Below the pieces are notes generated by a model that was given only the letters and a program-made list of their open reading frames with translations, was not told the DNA's origin and did no database searches. A stretch of DNA of 64,000 nt from Lama glama. Its lineage: Eukaryota. The translations under genes and the position numbers were made by a program. The DNA lies in assembly GCA_028534125.1 (NCBI GenBank), contig CM052818.1, positions 24,616,001 to 24,680,000 of the forward strand, written 5' to 3'. Shown one piece after another: positions 38,499 through 50,444 of this stretch (the first letter of the stretch is position 1; every line of letters starts with the position of its first letter).

Positions 38499-39297
38499 AT
38501 CCTCATTTTACTGGTCAGAATGGCCATCATTAAAAAGTCCACAAGTGATAAATGCTGGAGAGGGCATGGAGAAAAGGGAACATCCCCATACTGTTGATGG
38601 GAATGTAATTTGGTGCAGCCACTGTAGAGAACAGTAGGAAAATTCCTTAAACTAAAAATAGAGTTACCTATGATCCAGCAATCCCACCCCCGGGCATACA
38701 TTCAGAGAAAACTAATTCAAAAAGGTACATGTACCTCAATGTTCACAGCAACCCTATTTACAAATAGCCAAGACAGGGACGCAACCTAAGTGTCCATCAA
38801 CAAATGACTAGATAAAGAAGATGTGGTATATATATGTACAATGGAATACTTTTCAGCCATAAAAAAGAATGAAACAATGCCATTTGCAGCAACATGGGTT
38901 GACCTAGAGATTATCCTACTACGTGAAGTCAGTCAGACAGAAAAAGAAAAATACTATATGATGTCCTTTATATGTGGAATCTAAAAAAAGTGACAGAAAT
39001 CAACTTATTTACAAAACAGAAACAGACTCACAGACAAAGAAAACAAACATGGCTACTGGAGGGGGGAGAGATAAATTAGGAGTCTGGGATTAGCAGATAT
39101 GCACTACTGTATACAAAATTCATAAAAAACAAGGTCCTACTGTTTAGCACAAGGAACTATATTAATACCTTGTAATAATGTATAATAAAAAATATGAAAA
39201 AGACTATCTACATGTATGTGTAACTAAATCAGTATGCTATACATCAGAAAATAACAACATTGTAAATCCTATATTTCAATAAAAATTAACAAATAAA
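38499..39297 (+). mobile_element. 5'-truncated L1 (ORF2 C-terminus + 3' UTR)
   Basis: ggtcagaatggccatcattaaaaagtc...aaatgctggagaggg...gatccagcaatcccac...gccatttgcagcaacatgg...caataaaaa tail; frameshifted. Confidence 0.93.
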
Positions 39298-39716
39298 GCA
39301 AAAAGTGGCTTTATTTATTTCTTAACCAAACTAAAGCTAATTATGAGCCCACACCGACAGAGGTGGCCTGATAATTCACATCAGTCATTTCTGGGCATCC
39401 TCTCCTTAAGGTTTTGGGAAAGTCCCAGAACACTCTGCAGAGCCAAGCAGCAGGGAGCTCCCTTAGGTCTTGGTAATCACTGTTAGTCTGCCTTGGTCAA
39501 TCACTCTGTCCCCAGATGGCAGTGCCCCAGCAGGCCTGAGGCCTTGCAAAGGCAAGTGCATTTCCTCTGTGCCTCATGTGGTGTTCTGGAAGCAATGGCA
39601 GGGCTGAGAATCCCTGTGCCTCAGGTCCAGTCTTTCTGGGGTGCCAAGGGGTTGATTTTCTCACAACCCCCCAATCTTGGGTTAAATCTCTTTCTTTTCT
39701 CTTGCTACTGTCAGGT

Positions 39717-40062
39717 TGCTACAGATCAGATGTTTGTGTCCCCTCAAAATTCATGTTAAGTCCTAACCCCTAATGTGATGGTATCTGGAGGTGGGGCTTT
39801 TGGAAGGTCATTAAGTCATAAGGATGGAACCCTCATGAATGGGATTGGTGCCCTTATAAAAGAGCCCCACGAGAGCTCTCTGCATGTGAGAAGATGAGAA
39901 GTCGGTGGTCTGCAACCAGAAGAAGGCCCCCACCAGAATCCACCTATGCTGGCACCCTGATCTTGGACTTCCCACCTCCAGAACTGTGATAAGTAACTTC
40001 TGTTGCTAATAAGCCACCCAGTCTACGGTATTCTGTTACAGCAGCCCGGACTGACTGAGCCA
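39717..40062 (+). mobile_element. MaLR solo LTR (MLT1A-like)
   Basis: tgcta...atgtttgtgtcccctcaaaattcat...ggaggtggggc...ccctcatgaatgggatt.gtgcccttataaaaga...gctggcaccctgatcttggacttcc...gttacagcagccc. Confidence 0.92.
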
Positions 40063-40454
40063 CTGGGACTCCCTGATTTCCCCTCTTCCTCCAGAACCAC
40101 CTCTGAGACATTCTTACAAAAGACAGGGAGGTGCACTAACTTCAGGTACTGTCTACTTTAAGTTCTTCAAAACTCCCTGAGACAAGTAAATCCTGAGGAT
40201 AGAGCCGCTTTAAATGGTGGAGAAAAAGTAAGAAAAAACGGAATAAAATTTCAAACAAAACAAAGCAAAACCCCACCAATATACATGCACAGAATATACA
40301 CACACACAATGAAAAACCAAATTTTAGCTGGAAATAAACCAGCATGATGACAGTGGTGATCTCTGAGAAGTTAGATTATAGAATTTTATTTTCTCTATTT
40401 CCCAAACTTTCCATGGTGACTACATGCAGCTGTTGTAAAAAATCAACAGCAATC

Positions 40455-40852
40455 TCCTAGCCTGGGGAGAGCTGTGGGACAGATGGTTTCCCAGCTGCTG
40501 ACAGCTCCCACCAGGAACTCCTGATTCCCTCTTCTCAGTCAAAGGCTTTCTCAAGTACCTTGGTGCATGAGGAAGTGCCATGGAATTGATGACCTCATGG
40601 CCAATCCCCAGCTGATGGGGGCTGGGAGTCTGTAAATGTCCCAACTCCCCATCCTCTGGTAGGACATCTGGTACATGTACCACCAAGTACCTCGGCCACC
40701 CAGAGTAGGACCTGCTCATCAACACACCTTGTACTGGCTTTTCTCCCTTCCCTGTATCGCCTTCTCCAATTCTTCTGCTGTGCTTTCTGGGATTACTTCC
40801 CAAATAAACTACTCCTGACAGTCTTCCCTGGGGAGGAATGGGAACTAAGACA
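40455..40852 (+). mobile_element. ERVL solo LTR (LTR16-like)
   Basis: tactggctttt..cccttccctgt...ctgggattacttcccaaataaactact...ggaactaagaca end. Confidence 0.7.
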
Positions 40853-41289
40853 GAGGAAAAGTCAGTATTTCACAATTTCAGGCTTGTTCACATTCATCTC
40901 TAATGCAGCGGGCTCTACTGAGAGCTTTGCTGAACCAGGTTAAGAGAATTCCTACAACCAGGAACCCCTGGATTACCAGGCACCAACCTTCATCTCTGTA
41001 CCTCTACATCACCTAGCGTAGAGCTTTGTCCACATTAAACACTATTAAATACTTGTGGAAGTCAACTGGATTTTATCACAGCTATAATTAGAAACAAGAA
41101 TTCTCCCTTAAATAAGCCAACACCAGCATGGATTCAAAACCAGACTTTTGAATCCCTACCTGCAGTACAACCAAAGAGTGACCTTCAAGTACACTGTGTG
41201 CTGATTGTGGATCTTCCTTATAACTCATCACTGTACCCACGAGCACAGATGGCTATAGTCAATGATGTTAGTTTACATATCAGTTCCAA

Positions 41290-41560
41290 TGGGCACCAAT
41301 TCAAAGATGGTCGATAGCGTACACTGAGAGAAATGTCACTTGCCCTGCCCATACCCTCTAGAGTAGACACACCCTTTGTCACCAGCAGTATCTCCACAAT
41401 GGTTGGTTACCCTCAAAGCATAAATACTGGCTTGCTGACATCCTCTCACCATGAGCTGTCCATGAACCACTGCTTCCACAATTTGCTGGTCCAATGAGAA
41501 TTTACATCCATAGTGATGAAACAGAAGCACTAACTGCATGATCCTCGAATGCGACCATTA
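41290..41560 (-). mobile_element. Possible ancient RTE-clade LINE remnant
   Basis: Minus-strand translation shows loose resemblance to the RTE ORF C-terminal '..KQ...G.L..G.R' region; no splice signals. Confidence 0.25.
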
Positions 41561-42448
41561 AAGAAAAATTGAATTAAGTTTGTTTAATTGTAGTATTATT
41601 CATCAAAATTGCTAGTCCCTCTGTGGGCAACTAGTACCTCTCAGTTAATAAGAACATTTTATTAATAGCAAGACCCCAAGTGTGCTGAGCAGGAATTCAT
41701 CATCTCCATCACTGAAGACACTGACTGTCACACCTGGCACTGTTAATAGCCCCATCCTTCTGGCCATGACTAGTGTGTAGCTCAAGTCTCTCGGCTTCAC
41801 ATCCTGAAAGCAAGGATGGAGGCTGAGAGAGGAGTTTGTAACACCTTGGACTTTGGAATTAGATACAAGCCTGTAATCTTTGTTTCCACATTTAAACTAG
41901 CTCATTATGACCTAACAGATATTGGTCAAATAAAGGTGAGCGTGATTTTCATGGCCTTTCTAAGTACCAAAAAAAAAAAGTCTCAAGTTCTCAGTGGCAT
42001 TTAAAACGTCCAGAAAATGCTTCTCATCCTTCACTGCACTGGAAGCATGAGATTAATTTAGGACTGATCTTGCCAAAGGAAAAGTCAGCAAAGTTTCTCT
42101 TTCTGTCTGGTGCCCTCAGCTCCCCTATTGAGCCCTCTTTTCACTCTTCCTCTTGAGTGATCGGGATCCCATCAAAGGAGAAAAGTACAAACGTGGGACT
42201 CCCCTCCACAGACCCCTCCCTCATCTGGAGGTTAGTTCACAATGAAATCTTGCTGTGAGTCTTTTCCAGATTTGTGTCTGGACTTGAGACAAGAATTGAG
42301 GAGGGCAGTAGATGAAAGATGACAAAGAAGGTTGGTGAGCTCTTCCCTGATGGAGTCACGCATCTTTGGAGAAATTTGTTATGAATTCAAATGAGTCCAA
42401 AAGGATACATCATTTTCAACGCAACAAGAAATGCTTGAGAGAAAATTA

Positions 42449-42675
42449 CAGTTGACTTGAACAACATAGGCTTGAACTGCATGGATCCATTTATACACAA
42501 TTTTTTTTTCAATAAATACATATGGCACTACATGATCCAAGGTTGGCTGAATCCACAGATGCGGAACCACAGACGCAGAGGGCTGACTATGGGATTTGAG
42601 CACCTGCAGATTTTTGGTATCTGTGGCTGGTCCTAGAACCCGACCCCACCCTACTCTGGTACAGAGGGACAACTG
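42449..42675. mobile_element. Tigger-derived MITE (MER8/Tigger2-like)
   Basis: ta|cagttgac...gacaactg|ta: TIRs with TA duplication; ggttggctgaatccacagatgcggaacc inside. Confidence 0.88.
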
Positions 42676-42749
42676 TACTACGGTAGCTGTAACTGGTACC
42701 CAGATAAGGTACCCAGAATGACAGAATGACTAAAATTTGGGATTTTTTT

Positions 42750-42920
42750 AGTTAGGTTGCCTGGTTCCATTCTCCACTACCTCAACTTTCTAAATCTCCA
42801 TTTCCTTGTCAGTTAAAAGGATATACAATAATTCTATGCCATAACATTGGTAAAAGATTACATGGAATAATGCATGTTAAACACTTAGCACAATTTTAAA
42901 ACATAATAAATTACCCACAA
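42750..42920 (+). mobile_element. MIR
   Basis: ctccatttccttgtcagttaaaagga...gattacatggaataatgcatgttaaacacttagcaca. Confidence 0.7.
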
Positions 42921-44182
42921 AACAAGCTGATTCTGAGCACTGAGTTATTGGTTTCTCTTATTTCCTTCTCTTAATTTTTGTTTAACGTAGCTTCTCTTTA
43001 AAATTAAGAGCTTTCTTTTCTTCCTGATTTGCTTGTGGTGTCTGTGTGTTATCAGTTAAGAGTCTCAGCTGTTCTGGGAAACAAGGCCTAATTCCCCGTG
43101 GTTGTTGCCACTTCCACTGAGAGTAATCACATGAACAGCAGTGGCCACTCGTGACCTTAACTGGAGCTGTCTTCAAAGGCACTGACGGACTAGTTTTCTC
43201 CAGCCAGTGGCATCTTGATTATGCACCTTCCTGCCTCACTCACTCTTCTCTCTCAATGGGGTATTTATAAGCCCATACCCTCTCGTTTCCTAGCTCAGTT
43301 AAGCCAGCCTGAAATCCCGCCCAGCTTCAGCTCAATTTGAGAAATCAGAGGGTAATGAGGAAATAGGGAGTGAGCTGGTAAAGCAACCAAGGACGATGGA
43401 AAGTCTGGCATGGTTCACATATAAAGATCAATGAAGAAGGTGAGTGAGTAGAAGAAACAGAATATAGCCAAGCCAGAGAAGAGGGGCAATTTTCTGGGTT
43501 GTGTTGTACTTTTAGAACTGTCTTCACAATCCCAAAGGAAAGAAGGGAAACTTGCCAATGAGCCTGTGATGAAATCAAGTTTGGAGTGTGTTCACCACTC
43601 GTCCAAGTGTTTACTGAGTGCCAGCTATGAAGCAGAAACTCTTTGAGATGTTGTGATAGAAGGCTGTACAAAAACCAAAAAATTGATACCAGTGGAGAGG
43701 TGAAGTGGGCTGCCTGCTAGCAATTGACCGACTTGATTTTTCTCTTCAAAATTGGGAGTCTGAAATTTGCATGGGTTTAAAAGAAGTCAAAGAACTTTCA
43801 CATCTCATGCTGTTTTTTTTTAAGCTGGAGATTCTAGAAGGAGCCACACTTGTGAACTAAAAGATGTCAGAAGAGCTAGGGAAGGGAACTTACAGAGGTG
43901 GGGGGAAAAGCTTTCCTAAACTAGAAGGCACATAAAAGCACACCCATCAAAACCAGAGTGTGTGTTGACCATATTCAGTGATGGAATCAGAGAGCTAAGC
44001 CCTTTGAAACAATTTCCAATTCTAAGTATCAGGGCTAGGGTTACTAAAGCTGAAAAAAATTTAAGGTTAATTTGGCACTTGTCCTAAGCTAACTCAGTTA
44101 AAAGCCAGAAAACATAGTGGTGGGAACATGGCACGGCTATTAGATCTTCCCTTATTGAAAGCAGCAGCCTGTGGTTCAGACA

Positions 44183-44311
44183 CTTTTTTTTTTAAATTAA
44201 TATAGTCACTTACAATGTGTCAATTTCTGGTGTACAGCACAATGTCCCAGTCGTGCATAGACATACATACATTCATTTTCATAAAAGGTTATTACAAGAC
44301 ATTGAATATAG
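44183..44311 (-). mobile_element. Short L1 3' UTR end
   Basis: Poly-T followed by ttacaatgtgtcaatttctggtgtacagcacaatgtcccagtc...ttattacaagacattgaatatag. Confidence 0.88.
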
Positions 44312-44559
44312 AACCTAGAAACAAGAGTAATACAAGTCTGTCCTCCAATTCGCCATAGAATTGAGGCAAAAGATTCATGTTGAGAGTGGACTAGTGACTA
44401 ATTCTTAGTATGTAGAGGTTTCACACAGAGAAGACTACTTAGGAATTTAAAGAGCAGATGGCCTTACAAACAGTTGTCAAGAGAATGGTGTTTGGTGAAT
44501 AAGAGTTACCTTCCCTCCTATTTATTATCATACCAAACAATCACCGATATCAGAAATTC

Positions 44560-44860
44560 TACTGTAACCCAGTAATTTGAAAGCAGCCAATTGTTTATAA
44601 CCTCCTCCTTACTAGCTCCTGGCTCCCCAGACTGTATTAACCTTCATAGCAACTTGTAGCTCCCATTACAGCAATTATTATTTTTAGATTTTATTTTTAT
44701 ATTGACTTGGATGATAATTTGGTTGGTCTCCTTTCCCTGTACCAAGCTATAAGTGCTGTGAAAGCAGAGACCAAGTCATGTTTTTTTTTTAAACTAATTA
44801 TTGAAACACCAGCACTTAGCACATAGTAGGGCCTCAATAAATATTTCTTAATTGAATTAA
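44560..44860 (+). mobile_element. L2 3' end
   Basis: aagtgctgtgaaagcagagacc...cttagcacatagtagggcctcaataaatatttcttaattgaa. Confidence 0.8.
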
Positions 44861-45009
44861 CTTTCAGTCTTTAAGATTGTGTACTTGGTAATATTTCAAA
44901 CACAATATTATGATGGACAAAGCTGGTGTGAATAAGTTGTGAGGAATTGGGGAAAGGGAAGTGGAAGGAGATTATTTATAAGTAGTGAATTGTGCCTGTG
45001 GGAAAGTCC

Positions 45010-45230
45010 AATTTGCAAATGTTAACTACTATATATAAAAATAGATTAAAAAACAAATTTCTTCTGTATAGCACAGGGAACTATATTCAATATCTTGTAA
45101 TAATCTTTAATGAAAGAATATGAGAAAGAATATATGTATGTATATGCATGACTGGGACATTATGCTGTACACTAGAAATGGACACATTGTAACTATGTAT
45201 CAATTTTAAAATAAATAAATTTTTTTAAAA
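45010..45230 (+). mobile_element. Short L1 3' UTR end
   Basis: ctgtatagcacagggaactatattcaatatcttgtaata...gactgggacattatgctgtacac...aaataaataaa. Confidence 0.9.
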
Positions 45231-45329
45231 ATTCCAGTAAAGGGCAGGTATGAATCCATAGGAATCAGATGTGCAACTGTCAGCTTCTCCAGCAGTTTTC
45301 AGGCTGCAACCATCAATAGTCTTTGTTAT

Positions 45330-45515
45330 CACCATCATATTACTATTTGCAGCAGGGCACTTTCCATATATTATTCCCAATCACCAATAACCCACTTAGG
45401 CGTAATTATCCCCATTTTACAGGTGAAGAGCTTAAGGCTCCCAGAGTTCTACAGCTGTAGAGCCAGAAGTCGAACTCAACCCTGCTCCAAGTGCACTGCA
45501 CTTCCTCCCCTAAGA
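45330..45515 (-). mobile_element. MIR
   Basis: attatccccattttacaggtgaagag...agagccagaagtcgaactca. Confidence 0.7.
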
Positions 45516-46058
45516 CTGGCTCAGGAATTGCAAAGTCCACTCCCCTCAGTGGGTATCTTCTGCAAAATTCATCATCTTAGATTTCTCAGCACACAGTCTT
45601 GCCTCTCCATCTGACTTGGTTTCACCTTACTGGTGGCCATTAAATTCAGTCTGTTTTTTCAAAGACAGTGTTTCTTTCTGTGATATATCAGATTCTTAAG
45701 AAGTCCTGTTCTGACAATTCTGGCCACTCTAGCCAGAGAGTTAATGTGACAGCCAGCCCTGGGAAGAACACCCTGTGACAGAGCACTGAAATCAACCCTT
45801 TTTTGACTTGCAGGATGGAACCAGTTTGAGAATATCACTCTTTTATCACTGGAGAGCCATAGAGTGTGAAAGAAGGGATCCTTTTTTTTCAAATATCCTT
45901 TTAAAAAGCATAATTCCATTTTTCTTTCTTGTTTTCATGTATGGGAAGTTTATTGGTTTACCAAAGAAAAGCGCCAAGGGTTAATCATATTTACCTTGTA
46001 CTTTCCATCTCCAAGCACAACTGTTTGCACAATGGAAACCTTGTAAATGTTTAGTGCA

Positions 46059-46705
46059 TCTAACTGTTTTTTTTATTTTTAGTTGAGGCATAGTAGGCTA
46101 CAATGTGTCAATTTCTGATGTATATAGCACAATGTCCCAGTCATGCATATACATACATATATTCATTTTCATATTCTTTTTCATTAAAGGCTACTAAAAT
46201 CTGGAATAAGACAAGGATGCCCACTCTCACCATTTCTATTCAACATAGTCTTGGAAATCCTAGCCACAGCAATCAGGCAAGAAAAAGAGATAAAAGGAAT
46301 CCAAATTGGAGGAGAAGAGGTAAAATTGCCACTATATGTGGGTGACATGATACTATATATAGAAAACCCTAAAAGCTCCACACAAAAACTACTAGAGCTG
46401 ATAAAAGAATTTGGCAAGGTAGCAGGATACAACATTAACATACAGATATCAGTTGCATTTCTTTATACTAACAATGAAATAGCATGAAAAGAAAGTAAAG
46501 AAACAATCCCTTTTAAAATCACATCCAAAACAATAAAATACTCAGGAATAAATCTGACCAAGGAGATGAAAGATTTATACATGGAGAACTACAAAACACT
46601 GATTAAGGAAATTAAAGATGACTTAAAGGAGTGGAAAGATATCCCATGCTCTTGGATTGGAAGAATCAATATTGTTAAATGGTCATACTGTCTAACTGTT
46701 CTTTT
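46059..46705 (-). mobile_element. 5'-inverted L1 insertion (3' end on minus, RT fragment on plus) with 15-bp TSD
   Basis: TSD tctaactgttttttt (46059-46073) / tctaactgttctttt (46691-46705) followed by aa; minus-strand 3' UTR to about 46196, then plus-strand ORF2. Confidence 0.88.
46197..46690 (+). pseudogene. Dead L1 ORF2 reverse-transcriptase fragment
   Basis: [58 protein letters not shown]...[16 protein letters not shown]; the catalytic (F/Y)ADD reads YVGD, and there is an in-frame stop at 46485-46487. Confidence 0.95.
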
Positions 46706-47167
46706 AATTGATCATATACCCCAGGGAGAAAGAAGATCCAGTTTGATGATGACAATGAAGACTTAAGGAACAGACATAATCAGGTTTGATGGCAAGTAAC
46801 TAGAGGAAATGAGTGGAATTATACAAAAGTGCATGGCTCTCCTAAGTCCATGCCATGGCAACCTTAGTGGGCACTGACCTACAATGCCAAGGCCTGAAAG
46901 ACCATCACAGCAGGCTTGGAGAGACCAGAGTTAAATTCAGTGTGGTTTTTTTTCCCTTCCCTTACACCTGGCTTTGGGAAAATAGATGTTGTTTCTTAAT
47001 GACCACATATTCTGGAAACTTCAGGTCCCCTAAAGGTGGCTAGGATAGAAAAATTGGGAAATCATGCTGGGTTCAATGCAAATAGCATACGTCGACTAAT
47101 TTACCCTTACTGACGGTCAAAAATAATTTTCTCTTCTCTTTATTGGATCACAGTATCTGGAACGTTA

Positions 47168-47204
47168 AAAAAACAAAACAAAACAAAACAAAGCAAAACA
47201 AAAA
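47168..47204. repeat. (AAAAC)n simple repeat
   Basis: aaaacaaaacaaaacaaaacaaagcaaaacaaaaac. Confidence 0.9.
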
Positions 47205-48724
47205 CCCAGCTACACACCTTCCATTTTCTGCCCAACTTCAAAATGTTTGATCCTTTGCCAAAATATTGATAAATGTCATAAGATCTGAAGGAGAGAATCA
47301 TCTCTCGGGCAACATTTCAAGTTAAAAGTGTTTCTGACTTTAGGGAAATCCAATTTATGAATGTCTAAGATTTCAACCCAAAATCTGTATATAAATTATG
47401 GAGTGGAGGAAGGAGTGGAGGATTTATTTAAATTATTGAGATAACCTGTTCTATTTCACAAGATTCTCTGAAGGCTTTAAATGGTGCAGTAGTGCATTAA
47501 AAATATGGGATAGAATTTAATGGTACCAATGAAATTAATATAGTGTCCCAAGGCTGCTTCTTTCAGATACTCAACCTTTGGATTCAACGCAACAAGTCTG
47601 AAAGGAGGGCTTGGCTCTGGTAAATAATGGAGGTGTGGGAAGATGGTGCAAAACCAGTGAGTCACCTCACCTCCCAGGGATGCAGAAATACATGATTTCC
47701 TTCTGTTCCAAATGGTCTTGGATCCCAAAGCCAGCCAACAGCAATTTATAAGAATCCCCCAGTGAATTAACTTTTTTAAAAAAATAAACTAGATGGAGCA
47801 TTCACTGACATGAATGCAGAACTTAATTAAAACTGAAGTGGAGATGAGCTGGAACTGAAGACAGGGGAAGTGCTATTAAAACCAAAGTTGTCTTTCCTCT
47901 TGTGCCTTCTGCCCTCAAGCACACAGAACAAGCAGTAGAGTGCAGGGGGGGGATGTCAGTGCCCTATTCGGATAAAAATAATCTCACTAATGCCCATACC
48001 CTGAACAATTATTATAATGATTATAAAGCATTCATTATGTCGAACTGTATTGCTAATGATTATCATAGTAATGACTACTGAAGTCAATCTTACAGACTAG
48101 TTTTAATTATGAATAGTGATCGTAATACAACTGAAATTGCTTCCTCTATCCTCCAGTAACTAGCCAATTTCTCAATGGCAGGGATTAGGAAGACACATAT
48201 TTAGAAGTCTGGAAAAAAGGCTTCTGAGTAGAAGATAAGGTAACCCCTTTTGTATCCCAAGTGGCAAGGAATATGGACCTACTTTCTCCCTGATACCTGG
48301 CTACTGAGGTAACTTCCTGTGTTTTCTCCCTTCCTCATCTACCCTTCCAATACTCATCACCAGAAGGTGCCCAAGCATATCACTGTTTCTTGCAACCTGA
48401 AAAAACACAGCCAAGTCCCCTGGCTAATTCCAAGTCTAACTGCTCAAGGCTCCCCTCACTGCTTTAAGAGATTTCCAGAAGGGAAGAGAAAAATCCAGGC
48501 TGCCACCTTCCCTCCACTACCTCCATTCTTGCCCATCATCCAATGACAGAAAACTTCAGAGATATCCAAAAATTGGATCTCATCGTGAAAAGATCAGGAA
48601 TCCTTAATCTAGACTCTGCTAAACCCCATAATACAATCTTGGACAAAGATGCCTGATAAGTCAGTCAGCGGTTACTCAGTGTCCTAATAAATTACCTTCT
48701 AGTTGCAGACTCAGCCCAAGAGGT

Positions 48725-50289
48725 AGAAATGAACCTACAAACTTTTGGTCAACTAATCTTCAACAAAGGAGGCAAGAATATACAATGGAATAAAGACAGT
48801 GTCTTCAGCAAATGGTGTTGGGAAAACTGGACAGCAGCATGTAAAGCAATGAAGCTAGAACACTCCCTTACACCATACACAAAAATAAACTCAAAGTGGA
48901 TCAAAGACTTAAACACAAGACAAGACACAATAAACCTCCTTGAAGAAAATATAGGCAAACCATTATCTGACATACACCTCAAAAATGTTCTAGAACAGTC
49001 TACCCAAGCAATAGAAATAAAAGCAAGAATAAATAAATGGGACCTAATGAAACTTACAAGCTTCTGCACAGCAAAGGAAACCATAAGTAAAACAAAAAGA
49101 CAACCTAAGGAATGGGAGAGAATTTTTGCAAATGAAACTGACAAAGGCTTGATCTCCAGGATATATAAGCAGCTCATACAACTTAATAAGAAAAAACAAA
49201 CAACCCAATCCAAAAATGGGCAAAAGACCTAAACAAGCAATTCTCCAAGGAAGACATACAAATGATCAATAGGCACATGAAAAAATGCTCAATATCACTA
49301 ATAATCAGAGAAATGCAAATCAAAACTACAATGAGGTATCGCCTCACATCACCCAGAATGGCCATCATTCAAAAATCCACAAATGACAAATGCCGGAGAG
49401 GCTGTGGAGAAAAGGAAACCCTCCTACACTGCTGGTGGGAATGTAGTTTGGTACAGCCACTGTGGAAAAACAGTATGGAGATTCCTCAAAAGACTAGGAA
49501 TAGACTTACCATATGACCCAGGAATNNNNNNNNNNNNNNNNNNNNNNNNNNNNNNNNNNNNNNNNNNNNNNNNNNNNNNNNNNNNNNNNNNNNNNNNNNN
49601 NNNNNNNNNNNNNNNNNNNNNNNNNNNNNNNNNNNNNNNNNNNNNNNNNNNNNNNNNNNNNNNNNNNNNNNNNNNNNNNNNNNNNNNNNNNNNNNNNNNN
49701 NNNNNNNNNNNNNNNNNNNNNNNNNNNNNNNNNNNNNNNNNNNNNNNNNNNNNNNNNNNNNNNNNNNNNNNNNNNNNNNNNNNNNNNNNNNNNNNNNNNN
49801 NNNNNNNNNNNNNNNNNNNNNNNNNNNNNNNNNNNNNNNNNNNNNNNNNNNNNNNNNNNNNNNNNNNNNNNNNNNNNNNNNNNNNNNNNNNNNNNNNNNN
49901 NNNNNNNNNNNNNNNNNNNNNNNNNNNNNNNNNNNNNNNNNNNNNNNNNNNNNNNNNNNNNNNNNNNNNNNNNNNNNNNNNNNNNNNNNNNNNNNNNNNN
50001 NNNNNNNNNNNNNNNNNNNNNNNNNAGACATAGAATACAAACTTGTGTTTGCCAAGGGGGCTGGGGGGTGGGAAGGGATAGACTGGGATTTCAAAATGTA
50101 GAATAGATAAACAAGATTATACCGTATAGCACAGGGAAATATATACAAGATCTTATGGTAGCTCATGGAGAAAAAAATGTGACAATGTATATATGTTTAT
50201 GTATAACTGAAAAATTGTGCTCTACACTGCAATTTGACACAACATTGTAAAATGATCATAAATCAATAAAAAATGTTAAAAAAAAAAAA
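48725..50289 (+). mobile_element. Young 5'-truncated L1 (ORF2 3' part + 3' UTR + poly-A), spanning a gap
   Basis: ORF2 peptides LIFNKGGKNIQWNKDSVFSKWCWENW, KINSKWIKDLN, INKWDLMKLTSFCTAKETI and the Cys/His knuckle [19 protein letters not shown], split over frames by frameshifts; poly-A at 50278-50289; possible TSD aagaggta (48718-48725) / aacaggta (50288-50295). Confidence 0.95.
49526..50025. other. Assembly gap (500 N) inside the L1
   Basis: 500 N with collinear L1 sequence on both sides. Confidence 0.99.
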
Positions 50290-50444
50290 CAGGTATAAGA
50301 GGCAGTTTGCATTGCAGTTACTTCAGGCACCAGGAAGGATGCGTCCCACCCCACATCCTGTCCCACTCCACGCCCAGCTCTCTAGTGACTGAAATTCTGC
50401 ACCATTAGAGTGAAGCTGTCTCTCTCATAAGCAGCCTAGAGTTC

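Noticed and set aside
48729..49516. Possible functional reverse-transcriptase system
   Set aside because: 5'-truncated, frameshifted L1 ORF2 with no endonuclease or RT core; the separate RT fragment at 46.2 kb has a mutated catalytic motif and a stop.
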